Below, in pieces: positions 48,591 through 58,693 of a DNA stretch of 64,000 bases. The DNA is from an uncultured Alphaproteobacteria bacterium (GTDB lineage: Bacteria > Pseudomonadota > Alphaproteobacteria > RF32 > CAG-239): NCBI GenBank assembly GCA_944391395.1, contig CALXTI010000001.1, positions 146,065-210,064 of the forward strand, given 5' to 3'. How positions within the stretch are numbered: position 1 is the first letter of the stretch; each line of letters starts with the position of its first letter. The notes under the pieces were generated by a model. The model made no database searches. It saw only the letters and a list, made by a program, of their open reading frames with translations, and was not told the DNA's origin. The translations under genes and the position numbers were made by a program.

Positions 48591-51500
48591 ATGAAAACGA
48601 AATCTAAAACCTTTTTACATAAAATAAGCCAGGCCGGCAGTATGATGGTTGAGGCCATGGCCATGCTGGCTTTGATTTCTTTGGTGACGCCGACGCTGTA
48701 TAAAAAATCCGCGGAGCGGACAACCGAGTTGCAAGATATCAACACGGCAACGCATCTGCGCACGATTATGAAGGCAGTGGACAGTTATGTGTCGGCAAAC
48801 TATCAGAGCTTGCTTGAAGATCAGCTGAAATCGGAAGATGCTTCCATGAGCATAGATTTATCAAGTGAACAAGACCAGATTTCCAAAGGTATTCATGACT
48901 ATTTTCCTTATGGTTACAGCTTTGACCAGGTCAAGAACTTCGGCGCGCCGAAAGTTGTTTTGAAACGACAGGGTATGTCTATCACCTCGTTTGTGGAACT
49001 GCCGAAAATGACCGACATCGGCGAAATGCGCGCGGCGCGGATTGCCTCCATGGTCGGCAGCAACGGCGGTTATGTCAATGCTGACGGTGATGCCCAAGGT
49101 GTGGGCGGCGTTTGGAGTTTGGACAGTTCCGAGCTTAATTCTTTGGGACTGGGTAACACACAGGGCTCAATCGTGGTGGCTTCGTCAGACGCCATTAACT
49201 CGGCAACATCCGGTGCGTTGGAAAATGAAAAATATCTGCAAAGAACGGAAGTCGAATCTACCGACCAACTGTGGCGCAACACGATGGTGACGGATCTTTA
49301 CATGGGCGGCGTGCAAGATGCCGATGCCATGCATAAAATTTTGGGTGTTGACCAGTTGATTTTGGGCAGCACAAATTGGGAAGATTATGACGCCGATTTG
49401 GTTTTGACCGATGAAAACGGTTATGAAGGGTCGGCATGGCTGGCAGGTACGTTTTCGGCTTTGAGCGACAGCTTTACGGTAAGAGGCACGGCCGACGCGC
49501 CGGAATTGGCATTTGGTGCCGGTGATGGCGATTTATTGTATGTCAATGATATGGAAGCTTCTATTTGGGGCAATGCCGATGATGGTAATATCGGCTTGGC
49601 TTTGCATAAAGGGACAAACGAAATGGAAACCGATTATGCGACGACAATCCGTAACAATTTGGACGTCAGCGGCAACACAAAAGTGGCAAGCGGCGGCACC
49701 GATACTTCTTTTGAGGCCGGTCCGGACGGATCGTATATCACGGCTGATGCCAATCAGGTCAGACTGCTGAACAACACCGTGGAGGTTTTGCGCAATGCCG
49801 GAACCGGAGGCGCCTCCACCACCAATGTGAACACGACGCAGACAAACATCAGCGGCGATACGACAATCGGCACGGCGCCGGACACCGGCAGAGGCGGTCA
49901 GGTGGTAACCAATCCGAAACTCAGCGTGCAGGGCGGCGGATATGTCCGAAATGATTTGGAAGTCGGCGGCGCGCTTTATGCAAACGAATTTAACACTTTG
50001 GAATTGCATGCCGGCGGAACGGATTTTAACGATAAAGATGCCCGTTGGCTGCATGCAACCTCTGACGGCGTGACCGTGACAAATCCTAATAATATAACAG
50101 ATCCGATTTTGCAAATAACCAAAGGCACAGATACGCGGATGTTCGGTCCGGATGGCGATAACGGCGGGATGGGCAGTGCCGTTATTTTGGGCAGTGAAAG
50201 AGGCCAGTTACGAGGTGTTGATGAGGCCTCCTTGTATACCACGGAAACGGATGGCGTGGTAAACATTCAAGATGGCGCGCTTATATTGGATAATAAGCCC
50301 GGGGCTACCGGCGGCAATACGGTGGATATTGATGCTGATGTTACGACAGTTAGAGACGGTGTCTTCCGAGTTACGAAAGGAGCATCGGTGGGTGGCGAGT
50401 ATACCGTTACCTCAGAAGCATTATATGTCGATCCGACAGGTGCCGGCGAAGTTATAGCTAATGCCGACGAAACGACGGTGCGAATGGAAGGCACTGACGG
50501 AGTCTTTCAGGTTGTACAAAATTCGGGCGAAGGGGATAAAGGACTGTTGAAAGTCGGGCCGGATTTGGATGGTACTTCCGCTGCGACCGCTACGGTTGAC
50601 AATCGTTATTTCAGATTGTCGGACACTTCGGTAGTTGTGGATCCGGATGCCTCTACAAACAAGATATTGGAAGTCAATTTGGATTATAATGACACCACGG
50701 ACTGGGAAAACAAGGGCAGTGTGTATATTCGGCGCGGCGCCGTTGAGCTCGAAAGCCCTTCAGGCACCGGATATGACGCCGATTCCGGTTATGGCTATGT
50801 TGAGATGGGGCGTTTTGTTTCCAACGCCATTGATACAATCGGGGATACCATAGAAGGTACGGAAATTGCAAAGCCGGTATATGCTACCGATGGAGTTAAT
50901 GCATTTCCAGGCGAGAAGTATGACCGTTACATGGTAAACCCGGCTTATACTTCGGTGATGCATGATATCAAGCTGACCACCCGCGGCGGCGCGCGTTTGA
51001 GCGATATTTTGCCGGATTTCATTAATAAAGGGATTTATGTGGTTAATAACAGTTACCGCGATACGGGAATTGATTTGAATAGAATTACCGCATCGGGCGA
51101 TGGTAAAAAGCAAATAACTCTGACAGATAATAATAACTATGATGATACGGCTTCCGGCACTTTAAGCGGAGCAGCGCAATGGGGCTCGCCGTTCATGGGT
51201 GTGGTGCCGGCGCCGCAATGTCCGCCGGGATATGCCCGGGTGATTACCATCACCCCGGCCGGTTTCCAGATGGCACAGGCCGGTCAGATTGTGCGGACAC
51301 CGCACGACGTGTCAGATGATTACAATAACAATCGTTTTGTGGTTGATGAGCATTCAGAAATCAACAAATTAGGACAGATTGTTGAGAGTACGTTAAGTTC
51401 TTCGACGACGGTAACCGGCGCTCAGTATACGCCGACGAGCATTCGGGATCAAGCGGGCAATCCACAGCCGTTGTATTATCTCGGTCACGCCTCTGAGCCG

Positions 51501-51989
51501 ACAGTACGAATAAAGATTGGTGATAGTCCAGAAGAACCGTATTCACCGCAACCGATTTATTTCCAACAAAGTACCTGGCTGCGAAGCAAGGTGCAGCCGC
51601 AGGCCGAAGGCGTCGCCGGAAGTTGTAACCCGAGCGCCGGCAGCGGAGAAGGCTGCGGAAGCGGTTTTCTGGGTTGGTCGGCGATTATGGGCTTTATTTA
51701 TCCGTCAAGTTTTTACGGAGATTTAATTGATAAAATAAAAGGTACGGCCGATGATGATGACGGAAATGTTTACTGGAACGTGTTTCCGGTTCGGCGCAAT
51801 ACCTTGGAAGCTTACGCAACGGTTTATTGCTACTTTGACCGGACAAATTTATACCAATCCGGACAAGATGAAAGATACGTTGATCCGTATGATCAGTTGA
51901 ACAACTTTAGATTCGGGTATACAAAACCTGATTCGGATTATGTCAAACGGTTGAATGACCCGACGTTGAAATATACCGAACCATGGTAA
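48591..51989 (+). CDS. Giant (~1130 aa) protein with type IV pilin-like class III N-terminus, putative pilus-associated adhesin
   Basis: N-terminus MKTKSKTFLHKISQAGSMMVEAMAMLALISLVTPTLY, with G|SMMVE (Glu +5) and a hydrophobic helix. A very long Gly/Thr/Asp/Asn-rich beta-type region follows. Start set at the ATG (48591) behind AGGAGAAAACAC. Confidence 0.55.
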   Translation: MKTKSKTFLHKISQAGSMMVEAMAMLALISLVTPTLYKKSAERTTELQDINTATHLRTIMKAVDSYVSANYQSLLEDQLKSEDASMSIDLSSEQDQISKGIHDYFPYGYSFDQVKNFGAPKVVLKRQGMSITSFVELPKMTDIGEMRAARIASMVGSNGGYVNADGDAQGVGGVWSLDSSELNSLGLGNTQGSIVVASSDAINSATSGALENEKYLQRTEVESTDQLWRNTMVTDLYMGGVQDADAMHKILGVDQLILGSTNWEDYDADLVLTDENGYEGSAWLAGTFSALSDSFTVRGTADAPELAFGAGDGDLLYVNDMEASIWGNADDGNIGLALHKGTNEMETDYATTIRNNLDVSGNTKVASGGTDTSFEAGPDGSYITADANQVRLLNNTVEVLRNAGTGGASTTNVNTTQTNISGDTTIGTAPDTGRGGQVVTNPKLSVQGGGYVRNDLEVGGALYANEFNTLELHAGGTDFNDKDARWLHATSDGVTVTNPNNITDPILQITKGTDTRMFGPDGDNGGMGSAVILGSERGQLRGVDEASLYTTETDGVVNIQDGALILDNKPGATGGNTVDIDADVTTVRDGVFRVTKGASVGGEYTVTSEALYVDPTGAGEVIANADETTVRMEGTDGVFQVVQNSGEGDKGLLKVGPDLDGTSAATATVDNRYFRLSDTSVVVDPDASTNKILEVNLDYNDTTDWENKGSVYIRRGAVELESPSGTGYDADSGYGYVEMGRFVSNAIDTIGDTIEGTEIAKPVYATDGVNAFPGEKYDRYMVNPAYTSVMHDIKLTTRGGARLSDILPDFINKGIYVVNNSYRDTGIDLNRITASGDGKKQITLTDNNNYDDTASGTLSGAAQWGSPFMGVVPAPQCPPGYARVITITPAGFQMAQAGQIVRTPHDVSDDYNNNRFVVDEHSEINKLGQIVESTLSSSTTVTGAQYTPTSIRDQAGNPQPLYYLGHASEPTVRIKIGDSPEEPYSPQPIYFQQSTWLRSKVQPQAEGVAGSCNPSAGSGEGCGSGFLGWSAIMGFIYPSSFYGDLIDKIKGTADDDDGNVYWNVFPVRRNTLEAYATVYCYFDRTNLYQSGQDERYVDPYDQLNNFRFGYTKPDSDYVKRLNDPTLKYTEPW

Positions 51990-51996
51990 CAAAAAG

Positions 51997-52022
51997 AAAA
52001 GGGGATGAAAATCCCCTTTTTT
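51997..52022 (+). terminator. Rho-independent terminator
   Basis: AAAAGGGGAT-GAAA-ATCCCCTTTTTT. Confidence 0.7.
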
Positions 52023-52194
52023 CATATTTGACAAGTGCTTGTTTTTTTATTCTGACGACTGCCGTGTTTTGTTTTTTTCCGGACGGGGCAAGGCTAGCAA
52101 ACTTGTTTATATGTTAGAAATTTTAGCTTGCAAATTTGTGAGCTTGTCTTATATTTTGCATAGATTTTGTGGTAATTTTTTTAAGGAGAAAATT

Positions 52195-53229
52195 ATGCCT
52201 TTGATTTCTATGCGTCAAATCCTTGACCATGCCGCTGAGAACGGTTACGGCGTTCCGGCTTTCAATATTAACGATATGGAGCAGATTATTGCCGTTTTGC
52301 AGGCTGCGCGCAAGGTTAATGCGCCGGTGATTTTGCAAACCTCGACCGGCGCGCGCAAGTTTGCCGGCGACCCGATGATTCGTCATATGGTCAAGGGCGG
52401 AATCGAAATGTTTCCCGAATTGCCGATTTGCTTGCACCAAGATCACGGTTCGTCGGTTGATATTTGCCAATCGGCTTTGGTGAACGGTTATTCTTCGGTG
52501 ATGATGGATGGTTCTCTGGAGGCGGACGGTAAAACCCCGTCTTCTTATGAATACAATGTTCATGTGACCAAAGAGGTGGTGGCGCGCGCTCATGCTGTCG
52601 GCGCTTCGGTGGAAGGCGAGTTGGGTGTTATCGGCTCTTTGGAAACCGGCAAAGGGGATAAAGAAGACGGTCATGGCGCCGAAGGTGTGATTGATAAGAA
52701 ACGTTTGGTAACTGATCCGGACGAGGCTGCGCGCTTTGTGGCTGAAACCAATGTGGACGCTTTGGCGGTTGCGGTCGGCACCTCGCACGGGGCATATAAA
52801 TTCACCCGCAAGCCGGACGGTGATATTTTGGCAATCGACGTGATTGAAAAAATTCATCAAAAACTGCCGAACACGCATATGGTGATGCACGGTTCGTCTT
52901 CGGTTCCGCAAGAATTGCAGGATTTAATCAATGCATACGGCGGCACCATTCCGCAAACTTACGGTGTGCCGGTGGAAGAAATTGTCCGCGGCATTAAATC
53001 CGGCGTGCGCAAGGTCAATGTCGATACCGACTGCCGTATGGCCATCACCGGAGCCATCCGCCGGTTGTTTAGCGAAAATCCGAAAGAGTTTGATCCTCGC
53101 AAATACTTAAAGCCGGCAATTGAAGAAATGCAAAAGGTGTGCGAAGCACGTTACATTGCTTTCGGCGCGGCCGGGCATGCCGATAAAATCAAAGTTATTC
53201 CGCTTCCCGAGATGGCAAAGCGCTATTAA
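52195..53229 (+). CDS. fba: Fructose-1,6-bisphosphate aldolase, class II
   Basis: [24 protein letters not shown]... with Zn-ligand His motifs (HQDHGS, HGSSSVP). Start set at the ATG after the AGGAGAAAATT SD rather than the long upstream ORF extension. Confidence 0.9.
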   Translation: MPLISMRQILDHAAENGYGVPAFNINDMEQIIAVLQAARKVNAPVILQTSTGARKFAGDPMIRHMVKGGIEMFPELPICLHQDHGSSVDICQSALVNGYSSVMMDGSLEADGKTPSSYEYNVHVTKEVVARAHAVGASVEGELGVIGSLETGKGDKEDGHGAEGVIDKKRLVTDPDEAARFVAETNVDALAVAVGTSHGAYKFTRKPDGDILAIDVIEKIHQKLPNTHMVMHGSSSVPQELQDLINAYGGTIPQTYGVPVEEIVRGIKSGVRKVNVDTDCRMAITGAIRRLFSENPKEFDPRKYLKPAIEEMQKVCEARYIAFGAAGHADKIKVIPLPEMAKRY

Positions 53230-53301
53230 TTTTTTGCTATAAGATAAAAAAACATCCCGACAATTTTATATTGCCGGGATGTTTTTTGCCTTAATTTTTT
53301 T

Positions 53302-53559
53302 TCAAAGATCTGCCTTTTCTCCTTTGGCGCAATAAGCTGCGGCGAGGCAGATTAAAGTTACGACCAAGGAAATGCCAATTCCGACAAATCCGTTCGCCGG
53401 AGAAATTGAGAAAAGTTCAACCACAAAATAAATTACCGTGATTGAAAAACCCAGACCGATACAGTCAATAACCATGACTTTTCTTTTTCCATCAGCCCTG
53501 CGGCTAAAAGAAAAACAGTAAATGCAACACATGGCTACATTCCCAGAATCATATCCCAT
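53302..53559 (-). CDS. Hypothetical small membrane protein
   Basis: 85 aa with two hydrophobic helices and several Cys. Confidence 0.3.
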   Translation of the reverse strand: MGYDSGNVAMCCIYCFSFSRRADGKRKVMVIDCIGLGFSITVIYFVVELFSISPANGFVGIGISLVVTLICLAAAYCAKGEKADL

Positions 53560-53706
53560 TCCATAATTAGTATTTTTATCAATGGGATTCTAGCAAATAG
53601 CTGATGGTAAAACAAGTGTTTTTTATTTCAAACTGATTAAAGGCAGAATTTAAAACAAAAAATGCAGAAACAACGGTTTCCGCATTTTTTATACTATGAT
53701 TTGGGG

Positions 53707-54213
53707 TTATTTTGCCAGAATATCTAAAATCTTTTTGTTGGCAATATCAAGCGAAGTGTTGTCAAAAACGGCAACTTCGCTGGCCAGACGGTCAAGCGCC
53801 TGTTCGTAAATTTGACGTTCGCTGTATGATTGTTCGGCCAGATTTTCGTTGCGGTATAAATCGCGGACAACTTCGGCGATGGCAATCGGGTTGCCGGAAT
53901 TGATTTTGTTCTCATATTCCTGTGCGCGGCGCGACCACATGATTTTTTTGATTTTCGGTTTGCCTTTTAATGTTGTTAAAGCATCGTTGATGGTTGAGGC
54001 TTCCGAAATTTTACGCAAGCCGACATGCTCAACTTTGGAAACCGGAATTCGCAAAGTCATTTTATCTTTATCGAAATTAACGACCAACAGTTCCAGCTCG
54101 CTTCCGGCAATGGTCTGTTTGGAGATGTCGGAAACTTTGCCGACGCCATGGGTCGGGTAGACAACATATTCTCCGGCGTTGAAAGCCAGAGACGGCGTTT
54201 TTTTGGTGCTCAT
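53707..54213 (-). CDS. CarD/CdnL-family RNA polymerase-binding transcription factor
   Basis: FNAGEYVVYPTHGVGKV at the N-terminus (RNAP-interacting domain). Confidence 0.85.
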   Translation of the reverse strand: MSTKKTPSLAFNAGEYVVYPTHGVGKVSDISKQTIAGSELELLVVNFDKDKMTLRIPVSKVEHVGLRKISEASTINDALTTLKGKPKIKKIMWSRRAQEYENKINSGNPIAIAEVVRDLYRNENLAEQSYSERQIYEQALDRLASEVAVFDNTSLDIANKKILDILAK

Positions 54214-54316
54214 AAAGCTCTCCTTTATCAGATTTTTTGTTTAAGACACTTTGGAATATACCACATTTTTGGCTTCAAATCTACCCCTAAATTTAAAAAA
54301 AATGATTTTTTTTAAA

Positions 54317-54790
54317 TTATCCTTGTTTGGGGAACATTCCGGTCTGGCGCAGGGCTTCGCCGATAACCATAACCGCAGAAACCGCCACGTTGATGGAGCG
54401 GGCGTGAGGCGTCATCGGAATTAAAAGCCGGGCATCGGCAAGCTCGTGAACTTCCTGCGGGACACCGGCGCTTTCGCGTCCCATTAAAATAATGTCGTCG
54501 GGACGGAAAGAAAACTCCGTGTAAGGCTGAGAGGCATGTGTGGTTAACAATACAATGCGTCCGTATTCCCGAGAGTGCGTTTGTCGGTATTCCAAAAAAT
54601 CCGCCCACGAGTTGTGGCGGCGGTATTGTGCCAGATCAAGATAATCCATGCCGGCGCGGCGCATGGCCTTTTCGTTGAGGATAAAGCCGCACGGCTCAAT
54701 GATGTCTAAAGGCAAATCCAAACAGGCTCCCAACCGCAACAGTGTGCCGGTGTTTTGAGGAATATCCGGTTGAAAAAGAGCTAATCGCAT
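54317..54790 (-). CDS. trmL: tRNA (cytidine/uridine-2'-O)-methyltransferase, SpoU/TrmL family
   Basis: SPOUT motifs (PQNTGTLLRLGA, DIILMGRESAGVP, HARSINVAVSAVMV). Start set at MRLALFQPD. Confidence 0.8.
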   Translation of the reverse strand: MRLALFQPDIPQNTGTLLRLGACLDLPLDIIEPCGFILNEKAMRRAGMDYLDLAQYRRHNSWADFLEYRQTHSREYGRIVLLTTHASQPYTEFSFRPDDIILMGRESAGVPQEVHELADARLLIPMTPHARSINVAVSAVMVIGEALRQTGMFPKQG

Positions 54791-54855
54791 TTTTTTAAGT
54801 TCCGAATTTATGAAAAAAGCGGTCGAATGTTTCCAGAACGACCGCTTTTGCAAGG

Positions 54856-55344
54856 TCAGGCGTTGTCGGCGGTGTTGTCCGTCGTTGGAGCGGCGGCGTT
54901 TGCGGCTGCCGCTTTACGGGCGTTGTAAACCGTGGCAAAATCAATCGGGTTTAACATAAACGGAGGCAAACCGCCTTCGGTTAAACACTGTGTCATGATG
55001 TTGCGGGCAAACGGAAACAACAAACGCGGAATTTCTATGCCTAAAACCGGTTCAATGTGTTCTTCGGGAACATTTAAGCTCACGACCGCGCCATAAGAAA
55101 GTTCGAAAATAAATAATTTTTCATTTTCGAGCTCGCCGTTTACGGCAAGATTTAACAATACGTTATAATTTGAATTTTCCAGTTTTTGCGATTGAACATC
55201 AATGTCGACCTTTAAATGAGGCGGTTTGTTCATCTTGCCGAAAATTGACGGTGCGTGCGGAATTTCCAGCGATAAATCTTTAATGTACTGAATATTAATC
55301 ATAACGGCCGGTTGTTGGTTGTTTCCCGGATTGTTTTCACTCAT
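54856..55344 (-). CDS. secB: Protein-export chaperone SecB
   Basis: SecB core (INIQYIKDLSLE...NVLLNLAV...FIFELSYGAV...LLFPFARNIM). Confidence 0.85.
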   Translation of the reverse strand: MSENNPGNNQQPAVMINIQYIKDLSLEIPHAPSIFGKMNKPPHLKVDIDVQSQKLENSNYNVLLNLAVNGELENEKLFIFELSYGAVVSLNVPEEHIEPVLGIEIPRLLFPFARNIMTQCLTEGGLPPFMLNPIDFATVYNARKAAAANAAAPTTDNTADNA

Positions 55345-55485
55345 GTTTTCCCCCTGATTATTAAATAACAACAAAATACTGCCTAATTACATAGCGCAAA
55401 TATTCTTATCCGTCAAATATAATAGTTGATAATGTGAAGAAAAGTCTTTATATATAAATTAGTCGTAAAATGAAGAGGTATGAAT

Positions 55486-56148
55486 ATGTCTGCTTATCTG
55501 GATATAATTTTTTTGCTTATTGTCGCAGTTTTGATTTTTGCCCGCTTAAGAAGCGTTTTAGGCACGCGGCCGGAAAACGATAAACCCGAAGTGCGCGTGG
55601 TTTCTCGTAAAGAGTTTGAACAAGCTTGTGAAAACATGCGGCGGGAAATTGAAGAAAAGATGAATTTGGCTTCAACGATGCAAAAAAATCAAAATATTGA
55701 AAATGCGGAAGGGGTGGATAAAGTTTTGTATTCTATCCCGCATTTTGATCGGGCTGATTTTTGCCGTCGGTGCGGTAAGGCTTTTGAAATGATTTTAAGT
55801 GCTTTTGCCAACCGCGATGAAGAAACGTTGAAAATGTTAACCGGCAAAAAGTTGTTTGCCAAGTTTCAGGAAATAATTAAGCAACGCACCGAACAAGGCA
55901 TTACCGCCGAAACGGATTTGATTAAAGTTGACGAATTAAATATTGAAGACGCCAAAATTTCTTCCAAAGGTATTGCTCGAATTGTGGTCAAATTTATCAG
56001 TGAGCAAATTAATTTGTTGAAGAATGCCGCCGGAGAAGTGATTGAAGGTGATGAAAATTTTGTGCAGAAAATCACGGATGTATGGACTTTTGAACGCGAC
56101 CTCAATTCAAAATCGCCGGCATGGCTTTTGGTTTCAACCAAAAAATAG
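55486..56148 (+). CDS. Tim44-like domain protein
   Basis: N-terminal TM helix plus C-terminal Tim44-like domain. Divergent from secB, as is usual in Alphaproteobacteria. Confidence 0.65.
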   Translation: MSAYLDIIFLLIVAVLIFARLRSVLGTRPENDKPEVRVVSRKEFEQACENMRREIEEKMNLASTMQKNQNIENAEGVDKVLYSIPHFDRADFCRRCGKAFEMILSAFANRDEETLKMLTGKKLFAKFQEIIKQRTEQGITAETDLIKVDELNIEDAKISSKGIARIVVKFISEQINLLKNAAGEVIEGDENFVQKITDVWTFERDLNSKSPAWLLVSTKK

Positions 56149-56166
56149 ATTTAAGCGGCGGGCACC

Positions 56167-57342
56167 ATGAAACGAATCGGACTATTGTTGTTGGTTTTAG
56201 GCTTGTTTTCCTGCAGCGTGAAGGAGCAAACAAAACCGCAGGTTATTGTCGGCACAGAACGCGGTGTGGAGTTGCAGCCGGCTGTTTGGTCTGATTTGCG
56301 TCATTTGGCTGAAGATGATTTGTTACAAATCGTTCCGGCATGGCGTTTGAGTTGTGAGGCCGTGCTTGAGAAACCGGAATTTTTGAATACGGCGCAAATT
56401 AAAACAGAGCCGGAGGCTTATCTTAAAACCTGCCGACGTTTTTTAGCGGAAGATTTTAGCAACAATCGCGATATCAGGCGTTTTTTGATTGAAAATTTTC
56501 GTCCTTATCTGGTGATGGAAAATCTTAATCCGCAAGGCAAATTCACTTCTTATTATGAGGCGGAAATCAAAGCTTCAAAGCATAAACACGGCAAATATCA
56601 ATATCCGATATACGGTCGGCCGAATGATTTGCTGGAAATCAATTTACGCGATTTTGATGAAAGCTTGCCGCGTCAGCGTTTGTTGGGACGGGTGAAAGAC
56701 AATCAAGTCGTACCGTATTATACCCGTGCGGAAATCAGCCGCAACGGTGTTGATGCGCCGGTGGTGCTGTGGGGCGATGACGCGGTTGATATTTATTTGA
56801 TGCAGATTCAGGGTTCGGCAGTGGCAATTTTGGATGACGGTACGGCCGTGCGAATCCGTTATGCCGACAATAACGGACATAAATTTGTGGGAATCGGCAG
56901 CATTTTGTTAAAAAAAGGATTGCTGAAGCCGGGGCAGGCATCCATGGATAAAATTCGGGACTGGCTCAAAGAGAATCCGCAAAAAGCAAAAGAAAGCATG
57001 GATGAAAACCCGCGCTTTATTTTTCATAGGTTATCAGACGCGCCGGGGCCTATTGGCGCTTTGGGCGTGCCGTTGACCGCCGGCAGAAGTCTGGCGGTGG
57101 ACAATCGTTATATCCCGCTTGGCAGCCTGCTTTGGTTGGAAACAACCGGTCCGGATAAAGAACCGATTGAAAAACTGGTAACGGCGCAAGACATCGGCGG
57201 CGCCATTAAAGGTGCGGTGCGCGGCGATTATTTTTGGGGACACGGCGAGGAGGCTCTGCTTTCGGCCGGAAAAATGAATGCGGTCGGGCGTTATTATATT
57301 TTGTTGCCGCGTCATGCCGAGGTGAAAATCAGTGACCGATAA
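56167..57342 (+). CDS. mltA: Membrane-bound lytic murein transglycosylase A
   Basis: Lipoprotein signal (LGLFSC). MltA and 3D domain motifs. Confidence 0.8.
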   Translation: MKRIGLLLLVLGLFSCSVKEQTKPQVIVGTERGVELQPAVWSDLRHLAEDDLLQIVPAWRLSCEAVLEKPEFLNTAQIKTEPEAYLKTCRRFLAEDFSNNRDIRRFLIENFRPYLVMENLNPQGKFTSYYEAEIKASKHKHGKYQYPIYGRPNDLLEINLRDFDESLPRQRLLGRVKDNQVVPYYTRAEISRNGVDAPVVLWGDDAVDIYLMQIQGSAVAILDDGTAVRIRYADNNGHKFVGIGSILLKKGLLKPGQASMDKIRDWLKENPQKAKESMDENPRFIFHRLSDAPGPIGALGVPLTAGRSLAVDNRYIPLGSLLWLETTGPDKEPIEKLVTAQDIGGAIKGAVRGDYFWGHGEEALLSAGKMNAVGRYYILLPRHAEVKISDR

Positions 57343-57850
57343 AGAAGATGAAGAATTTTGGCAGGAAGCTGTCCGAGGTGTTCGGCAGATGCCGGAAAAT
57401 AAAATTGCCGCGCCGGTAAAACAAAAAAAGTTGCAATTACGGGAACGGGAAGAAACCGTGCCGCTTAAATTGGTTAGGCACGATTTGACGTTAGGCACGC
57501 ACGCGGATATTGACGGCAACACCATGCGGCGTTTCAAACGCGGCGAGTTTCCGGTGGAAGGCGTGCTGGATTTGCATGGTTATACGGAAGACAAAGCTTA
57601 TGAGGCGGTGCGGAGGTTTGTAACCGAATCGTATCTTTCAGGCAAGCGTTGCGTGATGATTATTACCGGCAAAGGTCTTTATCATGCCGATGAAGATGTG
57701 TTTCAGCCTAAAGGCGTGTTGCGTGAGCGAGTGCCGCAATGGCTTAATCAGGATAATTTAAAGCAGCTTATTCTGACTTATATTCATCCGCAGGAAAAAA
57801 TGGGCGGTAAAGGTGCATTGTGCTTGCTTTTGCGGCGTAAACGCGGTTGA
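57332..57850 (+). CDS. Smr-domain protein
   Basis: C-terminal Smr domain (LDLHGYTEDKAYEAV...VMIITGKG). Overlaps the mltA stop by 11 nt. Confidence 0.75.
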   Translation: MTDKEDEEFWQEAVRGVRQMPENKIAAPVKQKKLQLREREETVPLKLVRHDLTLGTHADIDGNTMRRFKRGEFPVEGVLDLHGYTEDKAYEAVRRFVTESYLSGKRCVMIITGKGLYHADEDVFQPKGVLRERVPQWLNQDNLKQLILTYIHPQEKMGGKGALCLLLRRKRG

Positions 57851-57856
57851 TTTTTA

Positions 57857-58621
57857 TCAAACCTTGTAGGGGAGTTTGCCATAAATAAAATTACTGATGC
57901 AGTTGGGCAAAATTGCGCCTAACCACGCAGCCAGCCGCATCGGCCACGGGAAAGTTATCAGTCCGATGTTTTTTTCTATGCCGGCGGCAATGATGGCGGC
58001 GGCGTTTTCGGCTTCCATAAAAAACGGCATCGGGCAGGTGTTTTTGTCCGTGATGCGCGACCGTACGAATCCGGGGCAGACAACGCTTAATTGGATGTTT
58101 TCTTTGGCTAGGCGAATTCGCATGGCTTCGCCGTAAGCTTTAACGCAGGCTTTGGATGCGCTGTATGACGGGCAACCGGCCAAGCCATGATAACCGGCAA
58201 TGGAGGAAACAATTGCCAGAGCGGCTTTTTCTGCAGAGTTGCGACGGCGGTATATTTCAATACCGGGGGTAATGGTGTTTAAAACGCCAAAAATGTTGGT
58301 ATTGAAAGTATTGTATATATTTTCGGGCGTTTCTTCGCCGGTGGAAACGCCGGCGTTGGCGATTATCAAGTTAAGCGGGGAATTTTTCTCGCATTTTTCA
58401 ATCCATTCGGCGGTTTTTTGACGATTAACGACATCCAAAATTTCGGTGTGCACATTGACTCCGAATCTGGCGCAAGCGTCGGCGACGTTACTTAATCTTT
58501 GCGCGTTGCGTCCGCATAAAAACAAATTCGTTACTTTTTGTTCGGCGTAGTATAGGGCCAGAGCTTCGCCGATGCCCGATGAAGCGCCTGTTATTAAAAT
58601 GTTTTTTATGTTTTTATTCAT
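57857..58621 (-). CDS. SDR-family oxidoreductase
   Basis: TGASSGIG Rossmann motif, NAG, and YxxxK catalytic motif (YSASKA). Confidence 0.8.
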   Translation of the reverse strand: MNKNIKNILITGASSGIGEALALYYAEQKVTNLFLCGRNAQRLSNVADACARFGVNVHTEILDVVNRQKTAEWIEKCEKNSPLNLIIANAGVSTGEETPENIYNTFNTNIFGVLNTITPGIEIYRRRNSAEKAALAIVSSIAGYHGLAGCPSYSASKACVKAYGEAMRIRLAKENIQLSVVCPGFVRSRITDKNTCPMPFFMEAENAAAIIAAGIEKNIGLITFPWPMRLAAWLGAILPNCISNFIYGKLPYKV

Positions 58622-58693
58622 GAGAATTTCCTAGTAATATATTAACCGATACAAAATATACTACAAAAAATCAAAAATAAAAGGAGAAAAGTT

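Noticed and set aside
52039-52194. Long N-terminal extension of the fba ORF in the six-frame track
   Set aside because: The conserved class II aldolase N-terminus [10 protein letters not shown] begins at 52195 with a strong AGGAG SD. The upstream 52 codons have no SD and a hydrophobic nonsense-like composition.
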